A DNA stretch of 64,000 nt from a virus (IMGVR_UViG_2887127144_000001), one strand, 5' to 3'. Shown: positions 45,132-55,338, numbered from the stretch's first letter. Translations and numbers: made by a program. The notes: generated from the letters alone by a model not told the origin.

Positions 45132-45508
45132 TGATTCCAGTCAAACAGAGCAAGCTCTACGCGAAAGACGGCATCCACAACGGGAATTGCTTTGCTGCCT
45201 GCCTTGCCTCACTGCTTGAGATTCCTCTATGGATGGTCCCGCCCTTCGATGACATGTTCGGGCGGAGCGATTGGCGTCCGCGTGTTGACGAGTGGCTGCT
45301 ACAGCTTTTCAAGCTCAAGCTAGTGCGCTGGGACGCAGGCGATGACCCGGTGGAATTCCCCGATTTCTACATCGCCAGCGGCATGTCCGCTCGTGGCGTG
45401 CAGCACTCGGTCATCTACAGCAATGGCGTGATGGTGCACGACCCGCACTACAGCGACAGCGGCATCGCCGAGGTGGATTGGGTTTGGTATCTGGCACCGG
45501 CCGCATGA
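45131..45508 (+). CDS. Papain-fold (C39-like) peptidase-like protein
   Basis: Q...GNCFAACLASLL, HSVIY and HDP give a Cys-His-Asp order. Confidence 0.55.
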   Translation: MIPVKQSKLYAKDGIHNGNCFAACLASLLEIPLWMVPPFDDMFGRSDWRPRVDEWLLQLFKLKLVRWDAGDDPVEFPDFYIASGMSARGVQHSVIYSNGVMVHDPHYSDSGIAEVDWVWYLAPAA

Positions 45509-45723
45509 CCGACCGCATCCGCTCCCAGCACGGCAACGTCATCGCCGCCGACTTCCGGCCGCGCGTGGGCGAAATCACGGTAGGAATCGAGTTCCGCTCC
45601 GAAACGCTCTACTGCGACGACCACATCATCCTGACCCGAGCGACCGCCTTCATGGATGGCGAGGTCATCGCGGTCATGCACTTCGCCGGGAATCTGCAGA
45701 CCGGCACCATCGTAACGCTGTAA
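45505..45723 (+). CDS. Small hypothetical protein
   Basis: ATGA-coupled; GNVIAADF motif. Confidence 0.55.
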   Translation: MTDRIRSQHGNVIAADFRPRVGEITVGIEFRSETLYCDDHIILTRATAFMDGEVIAVMHFAGNLQTGTIVTL

Positions 45724-45738
45724 CAACTGGGAACCCAT

Positions 45739-46383
45739 ATGGACAAGGAAGTCTCCTACTTCGCCTTCACCGAATTCAAGGCGGACGACGAAACCCGCAC
45801 TATCGAAGGTTGGGCGTCCATCTACGACTACGTCGACTCGCAGAAGGACATCGTCGTCCGCGGGGCGTTCGCCAAGTCGCTCAAGAGCGGCAAGCCGGCC
45901 ATGCTCTGGCAGCACCGCCAGGACTCCCCGATCGGCGTTTGGGACGTGGCCGAGGAAACCGACAAGGGCCTGCTCGTGCGGGGGCGCATCCTCGACACGA
46001 CCTTGGGAAACGATGCCTACAAGCTGGCCAAGGCCGGCGCCATCAAGGGCCTCTCCATCGGGTACACGGCCAAGCGTCAGGAGTTCGACCGTGATAAGGG
46101 CACGCGCAAGCTGCTCGAGGTGGACCTCTGGGAGGTGTCGCTCGTCACCTTCCCGGCCAACGACCGGGCCAAGCTGACCAGAGTCAAATCGGACGACGGC
46201 GCGTTCATGACCGAGCGCGACTTCGAGGAATTCCTGCGGGACGCAGGAGGTTTGAGCCACAAGGAGGCCAAGATCGTGGTCTCCGAGGGCTACAAGGCTT
46301 TGCTGAAGCACCGGGACGGTGGGGCGGAGGAGCAGACGGTATTGCGCGAATTGCGCGACGTATTAACCAACTTTAGGATTTAG
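45739..46383 (+). CDS. Prohead protease, HK97 family
   Basis: IEGWAS, GAFAKSL, MLWQH, GLSIGY, EVSLVTFPAN. Confidence 0.95.
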   Translation: MDKEVSYFAFTEFKADDETRTIEGWASIYDYVDSQKDIVVRGAFAKSLKSGKPAMLWQHRQDSPIGVWDVAEETDKGLLVRGRILDTTLGNDAYKLAKAGAIKGLSIGYTAKRQEFDRDKGTRKLLEVDLWEVSLVTFPANDRAKLTRVKSDDGAFMTERDFEEFLRDAGGLSHKEAKIVVSEGYKALLKHRDGGAEEQTVLRELRDVLTNFRI

Positions 46384-46387
46384 CAAC

Positions 46388-47707
46388 ATGAGTGAGATTG
46401 TAATTAACGAGGTCAAGGAAGCCCTCAAGGGCATGGAGACCAAATTCTCGACCGCAATGAACGGCTTCGACGCCTTCAAGTCCGAAATCGCCCCGAAGCT
46501 CAGCAAGCTCGACAGCCTGGACGAGGCTAAGTTCAGCAAGATTTCCGAAACCATCGCCAACGCGGTCGAGGAAAGCCAGAAGCTGAACCTCAAGCTCAAA
46601 GCGGCTGAAGAAGCCATCGAGACCAAGACCAAGGCCCTCGAAACCGAACTGGCAGATGTGAAGACCGCCTTCAACCGCCAGGCCGCCTCCGGCGGCGGCG
46701 ACGGCGATAAGGAAGCGAAAGCACAGCTCACCAAGCTGTTTAATCAGTTCGCCCGCTCGAAGAAGTCCCAGAACCAGGACTTCCACGAGTATCTGGAATC
46801 GGTCGACGCCCCGGCCGAGGTGAAGGCCCTGTCGGTCGGCAGCGACCCTGACGGCGGCTACCTGGTCATGCCGGAGTTCGGCGGGATCATCCAGACGAAG
46901 GTGTTCGAGTCGACCCCGCTGCGCCAGCTGGCCAGCGTGATCACCATCAACACCGACTCCTACGAGTACGTGCTGGATAACGGCGAGGCCGACGGCGAGT
47001 GGGTGGGCGAAACCTCCTCGGGTTCGACCGAAACCACCCCGACCCTGGGCAAGAAGTCGATCGTCGTGCACGAGCTGGCGGCCAAGCCGAAGGCCACGCA
47101 GAAGATGATCGACGACGGCATCGTGGACATCGAAGCATGGCTGGCCGGCAAGGTGGGCGACATCTTCGCTCGCAAGCAGGCCACCGCGTTCGTGTCCGGC
47201 AACGGCGTCGGCAAGCCCCGCGGCATCCTGACCTACACCGCAGGCACCGACATCGCCCAGGAGCAGGTCGAGCAGGTCGTGTCCGGTTCGGCCAGCACCG
47301 TCACCTACGACGGCATGGTCGACCTGCAGAACGCGCTGAAGGAGCCCTACCAGGCGAACGCGGCGTGGCTCTACAAGCGCTCCACCAACGCGGCGATCCT
47401 GAAGATCAAGGACCTGGAAGGTCGCCCGATCTTCAACATGACCTACGACAAGAACGCGGGCCTGCGCCCGACGCTCCTGGGTCAGCCCGCCTACTTCGGC
47501 AACGACATGCCGGCGATCGCGAGCAACGCTCTGCCCCTGGCCTACGCCGACTTCAAGCGTGCCTACCAGATCGTGGATCGCATCGGCATCCGCGTGCTGC
47601 GTGACCCGTATACCGCCAAGCCGTTCGTGATGTTCTACAGCACGACCCGCGTCGGCGGTGCGGTGATCAACCACGAGGCGATCAAGCTGCAGAAGATCAG
47701 CACCTAA
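46388..47707 (+). CDS. Major capsid protein, HK97 fold
   Basis: Coiled-coil delta domain, DGGYLV-x-PE, WVGET, F-x-x-GNGVGKPRGIL, DFKRAYQIVDR, LRDPYTAKPFV, RVGG. Confidence 0.96.
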   Translation: MSEIVINEVKEALKGMETKFSTAMNGFDAFKSEIAPKLSKLDSLDEAKFSKISETIANAVEESQKLNLKLKAAEEAIETKTKALETELADVKTAFNRQAASGGGDGDKEAKAQLTKLFNQFARSKKSQNQDFHEYLESVDAPAEVKALSVGSDPDGGYLVMPEFGGIIQTKVFESTPLRQLASVITINTDSYEYVLDNGEADGEWVGETSSGSTETTPTLGKKSIVVHELAAKPKATQKMIDDGIVDIEAWLAGKVGDIFARKQATAFVSGNGVGKPRGILTYTAGTDIAQEQVEQVVSGSASTVTYDGMVDLQNALKEPYQANAAWLYKRSTNAAILKIKDLEGRPIFNMTYDKNAGLRPTLLGQPAYFGNDMPAIASNALPLAYADFKRAYQIVDRIGIRVLRDPYTAKPFVMFYSTTRVGGAVINHEAIKLQKIST

Positions 47708-47780
47708 GCCACCTCCTCCGGACGGCCGGCGCTAACTCGTCGGCCGTCGCACTCCCCACATTCGCAAGAAAGGAATCACC

Positions 47781-48221
47781 ATGCGTGACATTACTTCCAA
47801 CTTCCTCGTGAAACGGGCCATCAGCCCCGTTTCTGTGTCGGACAACACCGCCCAGGTATCGCAGATCATCGATCGCCAGGGGTTCGACTCCCTCATGTTC
47901 GCAATCGCCATCGGCTCGGTCGCCGATGCCGACGTCACCTTCACCACGTTACTCGAAGAATCGGACAACTCCGACCTCTCGAGCGGCAATGCGGTGGCCG
48001 ATGCTGACATGACGAGCCAGACCTACGGCACTGCCCCCGAAACCGCCGCGTCGTTCCAGTTCGACGACGACAACGAGGTGCGCAAGATCGGCTATCTCGG
48101 CAACAAGCGCTACGTGCGGCTGACCATCACCCCGGCCAATAACGCCTCGGCAGCTCTCTTGGCCGCCGTTGCGATCCTCGGCCACGCGGGTCAGAAGCCG
48201 GTGACGCAGTCCGCGTCCTAA
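47781..48221 (+). CDS. Virion protein after the capsid gene (possible decoration protein)
   Basis: IIDRQGFDS...LEESD...GYLGNKRYVRL jelly-roll-like pattern; position. Confidence 0.7.
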   Translation: MRDITSNFLVKRAISPVSVSDNTAQVSQIIDRQGFDSLMFAIAIGSVADADVTFTTLLEESDNSDLSSGNAVADADMTSQTYGTAPETAASFQFDDDNEVRKIGYLGNKRYVRLTITPANNASAALLAAVAILGHAGQKPVTQSAS

Positions 48222-48273
48222 CCACCTTGGGGGGGGGCTCGGGCCTCCCCCGCACTTTCTTATGGAGCGATAA

Positions 48274-48654
48274 ATGAAGCAGAAAGTCAAAATGCTGAAG
48301 ACCCTGGCAGGCGTAGACGAGGGGAAAGTTTACCCCGAGACCTACCGCGAAGGTCAGGAATACGCGGTCGGCGAAGATCTGCTCCGCTGTTTCGTCGACC
48401 TCGGCGGCGTGGAGCTGGTCGATGCTCCGACCTCGACCGGCAAGGCTCACAGCCGCGAGACGAAGGTCGGAGGCCCCGATGAGACCAAGCCCTTCGACAT
48501 CACGAAACTCAACAAAAAGCAGATCGTGCAGTTCGCCAAGGACAACTTCAACCTGGAGCTGAACGAGGAAGACAAAAAAGACGACCTGCTCGCCGCCATC
48601 GAACTGGCCGCGGAGCAGAGCAAGAGCCAGAGCGAAGAAGCTCCCGCCGAGTAA
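48274..48654 (+). CDS. Hypothetical protein with C-terminal Rho-N/HeH-like helix pair
   Basis: LNKKQIVQFAK...KKDDLLAAI; position typical of small head-associated genes. Confidence 0.65.
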   Translation: MKQKVKMLKTLAGVDEGKVYPETYREGQEYAVGEDLLRCFVDLGGVELVDAPTSTGKAHSRETKVGGPDETKPFDITKLNKKQIVQFAKDNFNLELNEEDKKDDLLAAIELAAEQSKSQSEEAPAE

Positions 48655-48657
48655 ACC

Positions 48658-49305
48658 GTGCTCCGTCAGTCCCTCGCCCTCGTCACCCCTCCGGCCAGCG
48701 AGCCCGTTTCGCTGTCCGAGGCCAAGGCGTGGGCGAGGATCGACGGCAGCGACGACGACGCGACCCTTACGGCGCTCATCACCGCCGCCCGTCTGGCCGC
48801 CGAGCAGTACCTCCGCCGCTCGCTGATCACCCAGACCTGGAAGCTAACCCTCGACCTGTGCGGCGCCAGGGGCTCCGAGCCGTGGTGGGACGGCGTCGTG
48901 GACGGGCCGCTCAATTCCCTCTATGGCGGCCTGCCCAACACGATTCCCCTTCCCAGGGGGCCGGTCTCCGCCATCTCCTCGGTCGTAACCTACGACCTGG
49001 ACAACTCTTCCGCGACCTATTCCGCCAGCAACTACCGCCTGGACAACTCCGGCGACCGCCTGATCCTGAACTACGGGGCCATCTGGCCCGCGAACATCCG
49101 CCCGAAGGCCGGGTGCGAGATCACCTACACCGCCGGGTACGGTTCGGCTGCCACTGCCGTCCCCCAGCCGATCAAGCAGGGCATCCTGATCCACGTCGCG
49201 AGCCTCTACGAGCAGCGTGGCAACTGCGAGGACGCCATGGCCCTGCCGCCCGGAACCGCCATGCTCTACTCGCCTTACCGGATCATGGGGGATCGCCTTG
49301 GCTGA
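48658..49305 (+). CDS. Head-tail connector (gp6-like adaptor)
   Basis: PPASEPVSLSEAK-x-x-x-RID...LITAAR-x-x-AE...LITQTW, YTAGYG, PIKQGIL...LYEQR. Confidence 0.9.
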   Translation: MLRQSLALVTPPASEPVSLSEAKAWARIDGSDDDATLTALITAARLAAEQYLRRSLITQTWKLTLDLCGARGSEPWWDGVVDGPLNSLYGGLPNTIPLPRGPVSAISSVVTYDLDNSSATYSASNYRLDNSGDRLILNYGAIWPANIRPKAGCEITYTAGYGSAATAVPQPIKQGILIHVASLYEQRGNCEDAMALPPGTAMLYSPYRIMGDRLG

Positions 49306-51016
49306 ATGCTGCGCGTCGATCGTCAACAGCCTGAGCAAGCGGGTAGCCATCCAGCGCGTCCAGTACCAGGCCGACGGGCAGGGAGGCTTCGAGGAAAGTT
49401 GGGCGGACGTCGCCACGGTGTACGCCTCCATCGTGCCGCTGAAGTCCTACGAGCGCTACCAGGCCATGCAGCTCGCGGTGCCGATCACCCACAAGGTGGT
49501 CATGCGCTACAACCCGGACGTGGACGAGACGACCCGGCTGCGGTACGGCGAGCGGATCTTCACCGTTAAGGAGGTGATCAACCACGAGGAGCAGAACCGC
49601 TTCCTGTTCCTGAAGGTCATCGAGACAGACGTCATCGACAGCAACACCGACCCCGTGGTGGCCATCAACTCGCTGACCGACGAACTCGGCCAGCTCATTA
49701 CCGACGAGCTTGACAACCCGATCGACATCACCCCCAACCCGGTGCCGATCATCACTAGCGCGAGCAATTACACCGTTACCGAAGGAGTTACACTCACCTT
49801 TGCCGTAGCGGCCGATGGTCCGGTCACCTGGAGCATCGAGGGCGCGGACGAAACCCGATTCACCCTGGTCGGTAACGTCATCACCCTGCCGTACCAGGAT
49901 TTCGAGACCCCGACCGACGCCGACGGCGACAACGTCTACGAGCTCACCGTCCGGGCCACCAACGCCCAGGGCAACTCGACCGCGCAGGCCGTTCGGGTCA
50001 CGGTCACGAACCTGATCGACGACATCACGCCGGACGCCTTCGTATTCCCGGACGTGCTGACGCCGCTGCGCGACACGCCCTTCACGACAGAGACCATCAC
50101 CCTCTCGGGCATGAACGTGCCCGCTAACCTGACGATTACCAACGGCCTGTATTCGCTTAACGGTGGAGAATTCACGAGCGCCCCGGCCGTCGTGTTCACG
50201 GGGGATACCATCGCCCTGCGTGCCACCTCGTCGTCGGACGGCACACCGGTGGTGGCAACACTCACCGTGGGGACCTACTCAACGAACTTCGGCATCTACG
50301 ACGACCCGAACCCGCCCGTCACCTCAGGCCTTCGGCTGTGGCTCAGTTCCTCGGTCGCCGAATACATCGTCAGCTCTGGCGGACTGGTCAGCCAATGGAC
50401 GGATCGCAGCGGGAACGGGAACCACCTCACCCAGGGCACGGCGGTCAACCAGCCTACAACGGGCACCCGCACGCTCAACGGCCGCAATGCCCTCGACTTC
50501 GACGGCACAAACGACTTCATGCTCCTGCCGAGCGCACTGCACTCGATCCCCGGCGCGAACAACACCGTCTTCGTCGTGGCTCTGAGCGACACCGGGGCTG
50601 GCTCCGGTGGGGCCCAGGCTCTGCTACGTGGTGATACGACGAACTTCCAGATGCAGTTCAACCCCGGCAGCGCCCGCATCGAGAATCGGAACCACACCAG
50701 CACCAACGTCTTCACCACCGTAACAAAGAACGCCACGGCCAACATTTTCGCCCAGTGCCGGAACGGCTCTGCCCTGACCGCCTGCTTTAACACCACACAG
50801 ACCGTCAACGCCTCAGGCGCGAACAACGTGACCGTGACCGGCATCGGCCTGGGTGGCAGCGCGACCGGTACGCAACCGTTCAATGGCCTGATCGCCGAGG
50901 TGCTCGTCTACAACCGGGCGTTGACGCTGGCCGAGGCCAACCAGGTGGCGACTTTCCTGAAGGACAAGTGGAACGTGGCCAACTTCTCCGGCTCCTACGC
51001 CAGCGGCTTCGCCTGA
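49298..51016 (+). CDS. Head-closure (gp16-like) protein fused to cadherin-like and LamG-like domains
   Basis: First ~110 aa RVAIQ...DGQGG-x-x-ESW-x-DVATVYA...THKVVMRY...RIFTVKEVIN; then DFETPTDADGDNVYELTVRAT (cadherin-like) and LRLWL...VSQWTDRSGNGNH...IAEVLVYNRAL (LamG-like). No internal stop. Confidence 0.8.
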   Translation: MAECCASIVNSLSKRVAIQRVQYQADGQGGFEESWADVATVYASIVPLKSYERYQAMQLAVPITHKVVMRYNPDVDETTRLRYGERIFTVKEVINHEEQNRFLFLKVIETDVIDSNTDPVVAINSLTDELGQLITDELDNPIDITPNPVPIITSASNYTVTEGVTLTFAVAADGPVTWSIEGADETRFTLVGNVITLPYQDFETPTDADGDNVYELTVRATNAQGNSTAQAVRVTVTNLIDDITPDAFVFPDVLTPLRDTPFTTETITLSGMNVPANLTITNGLYSLNGGEFTSAPAVVFTGDTIALRATSSSDGTPVVATLTVGTYSTNFGIYDDPNPPVTSGLRLWLSSSVAEYIVSSGGLVSQWTDRSGNGNHLTQGTAVNQPTTGTRTLNGRNALDFDGTNDFMLLPSALHSIPGANNTVFVVALSDTGAGSGGAQALLRGDTTNFQMQFNPGSARIENRNHTSTNVFTTVTKNATANIFAQCRNGSALTACFNTTQTVNASGANNVTVTGIGLGGSATGTQPFNGLIAEVLVYNRALTLAEANQVATFLKDKWNVANFSGSYASGFA

Positions 51017-51043
51017 TAGCAACCAGAATGTAGAGGAATGTGA

Positions 51044-52600
51044 ATGCGGATTAACGAGTTGAACGGCGGCAATGCACTCGGCTTCGCCAAACTGATCGCG
51101 CCCAGTGCCCAGTTCCCCATCATTCAGGGCGGCGTGACCTACCCCATCGCACTTCAGGACGCCCTTCGCGCCGGCCAGTTCTACATCGACCCCCACGCCT
51201 TTGGTGCGAAGGGGGATGCAGTGGCAAACGTGGATGGGGTGATCACGAACGGCACGACCCTCACCTCCGCGACCTACCAGTTCACCGAGAAGGACGTGGG
51301 CAAGCTCTGCTTCATCAACTCCAGCGAGCGAACCATCACGTCCGTATCGAACGGCTCGGCCACACTGAGCGCCTCGGTATCCAACGCCAGCGCCGTGCGC
51401 TGGCTCATCGGCACGGACGATACGGCCGCGATCGAGGCGGCGATGGAGGCGGCACGGACTGTGGGCGTCACCATCCCCGACGGGAACACGTCCGAAACCT
51501 CCCGCTGGGGCAGCATCCCATTCGGCGGTTTGGTTCAGCTTCGCAGTAGGGGCTACCTCGTGCGCAACACCCAAGCCCGCTACGACGCTGGGAAGCTTGG
51601 CGCCATCACCGTCCCTCGCCGGTGCGGCCTGCGTGGGGCCGGCATGGGCCAGACGCACATCTACCTGGCCCCCGGCAACATCGGTCACGGCATCGCCAAC
51701 CGGGGTTCCTCGGTATCCGGCGGCGGCTGGGACGACTTCATGCAGCTCAGTGATTTCACACTGTTCGGAAACCACGACCTGCAGACCTCCGCCTGCCTGG
51801 ACGGCATCCATTACGAGGCCGCTTTCAACAACTACCTCAAGGTGGACAACTTCACCTGCATGTCGAACATCCGCGTCTACGAGCCACGCCGGCACGGCAT
51901 CTACATCAACGGTCGCGGCGAGATGGTCTACTTCAACCTCTTCGTGTACTCGGCGTTCCAGTACGGCGTGTTCATCGAGAACAACATGGACAGCCGCTTC
52001 TACTCGATCAACGCGGGCGGTTGTTCCCGAACCGGCATCCGCATCAACAAATCGGCGAACATCCACCTGACCAACTGCAAGTCGTTCTACAGCGGCAACA
52101 GTGGTGGAACGAATGCCGCCGACAGCGCCAACTTCGCGCTCATCGCGGACACATACCTCAACGGGCAGGTCATCATGACGGCCTGCGAAGCGCAGGAGTC
52201 CCGCGGTTCTGGCTTCTACATCACCAGCGGCCTGAACATCTTCAACGGTTGCCTCGCCGCCGATCCCAGTCGCGCCGCGTTGGTGGGAAGCAGCACCCCG
52301 CCGACCGTCCGTGCCGGATTCCACCTGGCGGACACGAACTCGGTACACGCGAACCCGAAGCACAACATCTTCAACGGATGCTACGTCCGCCCGGCCTTGA
52401 CCTTGAACTACGCTGACGCCGCCGCCACGGACATGTACTGCGGCACCCACGCCGTCTACATCGATGACGCGGGCAGGGCGAATCGCGGCGACATCTACAC
52501 CTTCGACCAAGCAGCCTACGACGCCTCGAAGCTCGGAGGGCCTGGCATCTCGAACGGTCGGAACACGGGGCTGCGCGTAGACGGCACGGCATTAACCTAA
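51044..52600 (+). CDS. Right-handed beta-helix (pectate-lyase-like) virion fibre or depolymerase
   Basis: FGAKGD and TDDTAAIEAA N-terminal motifs; repeated GI-x-I / G-x-x-I beta-helix rungs. Confidence 0.75.
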   Translation: MRINELNGGNALGFAKLIAPSAQFPIIQGGVTYPIALQDALRAGQFYIDPHAFGAKGDAVANVDGVITNGTTLTSATYQFTEKDVGKLCFINSSERTITSVSNGSATLSASVSNASAVRWLIGTDDTAAIEAAMEAARTVGVTIPDGNTSETSRWGSIPFGGLVQLRSRGYLVRNTQARYDAGKLGAITVPRRCGLRGAGMGQTHIYLAPGNIGHGIANRGSSVSGGGWDDFMQLSDFTLFGNHDLQTSACLDGIHYEAAFNNYLKVDNFTCMSNIRVYEPRRHGIYINGRGEMVYFNLFVYSAFQYGVFIENNMDSRFYSINAGGCSRTGIRINKSANIHLTNCKSFYSGNSGGTNAADSANFALIADTYLNGQVIMTACEAQESRGSGFYITSGLNIFNGCLAADPSRAALVGSSTPPTVRAGFHLADTNSVHANPKHNIFNGCYVRPALTLNYADAAATDMYCGTHAVYIDDAGRANRGDIYTFDQAAYDASKLGGPGISNGRNTGLRVDGTALT

Positions 52601-52618
52601 CGCGACGAGAGGCAGATC

Positions 52619-52963
52619 ATGTCGACCACCATTATCGGCGAGTACAAGACCGTAACCATCACCAATGGGCAACCTTCCACCGGCCCCATCGACCTATTGG
52701 GCAACCGCCTGATGGGTATCATCTGGCCCGCTGTCATGACGAATTCCGCGTTCAAGGTTCAGGTGTCCGGCAACGGCATCGATTTCGTTGACCTCAAGAC
52801 GACCGAGGCGGCCAGCGCCGACCTTTCAGTCACCGTCTCCGTCGGCGAGGCGATCCCGATCACGAATGCTGCGGTACTCGCTGGCTGGCGGTGGATTCAA
52901 CTCGTGGGCTCATCGAACGAACTCGGCGATCGCAGCCTGATCCTGGCGGTAAGGCCCGTTTAA
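52619..52963 (+). CDS. Small beta-sandwich virion protein
   Basis: VQVSGNGIDFVDL...WRWIQL jelly-roll-like pattern. Confidence 0.65.
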   Translation: MSTTIIGEYKTVTITNGQPSTGPIDLLGNRLMGIIWPAVMTNSAFKVQVSGNGIDFVDLKTTEAASADLSVTVSVGEAIPITNAAVLAGWRWIQLVGSSNELGDRSLILAVRPV

Positions 52964-54003
52964 TGGGGCGTCTGCTCACCCTCCTCAGTCCGCGTGGTAC
53001 GGGAGACACCACGGCCCCGAGCGGGTATGCAGTGGCGTTCACCACAGACCCGATCAGCGACGTCAACGCAGCGGCGGCCGCCTTTCAGATCACGCTGGCG
53101 GAGGTCGGGGCAACCTTCGATTACACGATCACCAGCTCCGGCGGCGGTACACCCGTGGCCGGCTCTGGAACTATCTCGACGGCTACGCAGAACGTGACCG
53201 GGGTGAACGTATCTGGTCTGAACGACGGCACACTTACCTTGTCGCTGACCCTAACCGATCTTTCAGGCAACACCGGGCTCGCTGCCACCGACACCGTGGT
53301 CAAGGCGTTCGCCCCCACCGACATTTCGAACATCGCCCTGTGGCTTGATGCGGCGGACACTAGCAGCATCACGGCATCGGGCGGTGCAGTGAGCCAGTGG
53401 AACGACAAGTCCGGGAACGCGCGCCACGCAACACAGGGCACACCGAGTAACAGGCCCACATCGGGCTCACGCACCCTCAACGGACTCAATGTCTTGGACT
53501 TCGTCCGCACCTCGCAGCACGTGCTTGAGCTCCCGTCTGGGATGTTCGGAGTATCGGCCGGACCGAACACGGTGATCATCGTCGCTTCAGCCGACGATAC
53601 CACTAACAACCACCGCCTATACCAGGGCAGCATCTCTGGTACGGTCGGGGTGTCCGTTCGATACGCCTCTACCACGACCATGGGGGTTCAGAACCGCACG
53701 ACCCTGACTCTCACAAACATCACTATTACGCGAAACACGAACCCTCATGTGTTCGGATTCCGCAGGTCGGGAACCTCGATAACGCCGTTCTATGACGGCA
53801 CGGAAGGTTCAACAGCCTCCACCGCTCAGGATGCAACACTCACGACGCTAGGCATCGGGCGCGATCCTGCGGCCACCACGGATAGTACGGACGGGCTGTT
53901 TGCCGAGGTTCTCGTATTCGCCAAGTCGCTTTCGAACGCCGAACTGAACAAGGTGGGCAACTACCTTGCCAGCAAGTGGGGCGTTACTTGGGCTGGGGTG
54001 TAG
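52963..54003 (+). CDS. Ig-like plus LamG-like virion adhesin
   Basis: VSGLNDGTLTLSLTLTDLSGN (Ig-like); ALWLDAAD...VSQWNDKSGN...FAEVLVF (LamG-like). Confidence 0.75.
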   Translation: MGRLLTLLSPRGTGDTTAPSGYAVAFTTDPISDVNAAAAAFQITLAEVGATFDYTITSSGGGTPVAGSGTISTATQNVTGVNVSGLNDGTLTLSLTLTDLSGNTGLAATDTVVKAFAPTDISNIALWLDAADTSSITASGGAVSQWNDKSGNARHATQGTPSNRPTSGSRTLNGLNVLDFVRTSQHVLELPSGMFGVSAGPNTVIIVASADDTTNNHRLYQGSISGTVGVSVRYASTTTMGVQNRTTLTLTNITITRNTNPHVFGFRRSGTSITPFYDGTEGSTASTAQDATLTTLGIGRDPAATTDSTDGLFAEVLVFAKSLSNAELNKVGNYLASKWGVTWAGV

Positions 54004-54007
54004 GCGG

Positions 54008-54460
54008 ATGGACTTTGAAGTGAAGGTGGAGGGTCTCGACCGCATCCAGAACGCTACGCAGGAGATGCAGCGATCTGTCGAGGCCGAACTGGTCAAGGGC
54101 CTATTCGCCTCCGCCAAGCGCGTCGAAGCCGAGGCCAAGCGGAGCATCACGGCGGGGGGGAAGACCGGTCGCGTCTACCGTCGCCGCACGGTCACCCACC
54201 AGGCTTCCGCTCCGGGCGAGGCCCCGGCATCCGACACCGGGCGGTTGGTCAACTCGATCAACTCCTCCGTCGAGGGGTTGGACGGCGTCGTCGTGGCCGG
54301 CGGCGGGCTGGTCAAGTATGCCCGCATGCTTGAGTTCGGAACCGCCAGGATGGCCGCCCGTCCCTTCATGTTCCCGGCCCTCGAAAAGAGCAAGGCCTGG
54401 ATCCGCGAGCGACTCGCTAAAGCCGTCCGCATCGCGGCGGCGAAGTCCGTGGGGCGCTGA
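54008..54460 (+). CDS. HK97 gp10-family tail completion protein
   Basis: ASAPGEAPASDTGRLVNSI, YARMLEFGTARMAARPFMFPA. Confidence 0.9.
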   Translation: MDFEVKVEGLDRIQNATQEMQRSVEAELVKGLFASAKRVEAEAKRSITAGGKTGRVYRRRTVTHQASAPGEAPASDTGRLVNSINSSVEGLDGVVVAGGGLVKYARMLEFGTARMAARPFMFPALEKSKAWIRERLAKAVRIAAAKSVGR

Positions 54461-54894
54461 TGCCAACACCGGATAACGCACTCCAGGCCGGCATCTACGC
54501 CCGGCTGACCGGCTACGCGCCGCTGACCACGGCGTTGCGCGGGCAGCGAGTGTTCGATTATGTCCAACCGAAACAGTCTGCCCCCTACGTCGTGATCGGC
54601 GACGACACCATCGGGGACTTCAGCACCAAGAACGGCAACGGCTGGGACTGCACGCTCACGATCCACGTCTGGGACTTCGAGAAGGCGGGCCGCAAGTCGG
54701 TCAAGGCACTGCTCGGGCACATTTACGACGCGCTACACCGGCAGGAGGCCAGCGTCAGCGTTTCGGGCTTCGCACTTATCGAGCTGCGCTTCGACGGCTT
54801 CCAGGCCACGTTCCAGGAGACCGCTATCGAGGGAGAGAACGACCACTACTACCACGGCGTCGCGCGGTATCGGGCGCTCGTGCAAGCAACTTAG
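54460..54894 (+). CDS. Tail terminator (DUF3168 family)
   Basis: ALQAGIYARL, VFDYV, PYVVIG, TIHVW, HGVARYRA. Confidence 0.88.
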   Translation: MPTPDNALQAGIYARLTGYAPLTTALRGQRVFDYVQPKQSAPYVVIGDDTIGDFSTKNGNGWDCTLTIHVWDFEKAGRKSVKALLGHIYDALHRQEASVSVSGFALIELRFDGFQATFQETAIEGENDHYYHGVARYRALVQAT

Positions 54895-54915
54895 AGCAAC
54901 ATCCAAGGAGGGATT

Positions 54916-55326
54916 ATGGCATTACAACGTGGCCGCGACATGGTCATCAAACTGGGTTCGGGGCCGTCCGCGCAGCTGATCGGGGGGCTGACCGAGACGT
55001 CCATCAGCATGAACGGCACCGTGATTGACGGCAGCACGAAAGACACCGAGGGCTGGCGAGAACTGGTGGAGGACGCAGCGCTCAAGTCGTTCAGCATCGC
55101 CTGCTCAGGCATGTTCAAGGACTCGACCACCGACGACCTGATGCGTCAGAAGGCGTTCGGCCAGACCATCGACACCTACACCCTGGTCTTCCCGAACGGC
55201 GACACCATCGTGTGCGACTTCCAGATCACCGGCTACAGCCGAGCCGGTTCGGTCGAGGGCGTGGAGACCTACAACTACACGCTCGAAAGCTCCGGCATCC
55301 CCGTATTCACCAAAGCCTCAATCTAA
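54916..55326 (+). CDS. Major tail tube protein (TP901-1/GTA-like)
   Basis: QRGRDMVIK, GWREL...SFSIACSGMF, FQIT-x-Y-x-x-AG, LESSG. Confidence 0.88.
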   Translation: MALQRGRDMVIKLGSGPSAQLIGGLTETSISMNGTVIDGSTKDTEGWRELVEDAALKSFSIACSGMFKDSTTDDLMRQKAFGQTIDTYTLVFPNGDTIVCDFQITGYSRAGSVEGVETYNYTLESSGIPVFTKASI

Positions 55327-55338
55327 AGGAGATAACCT

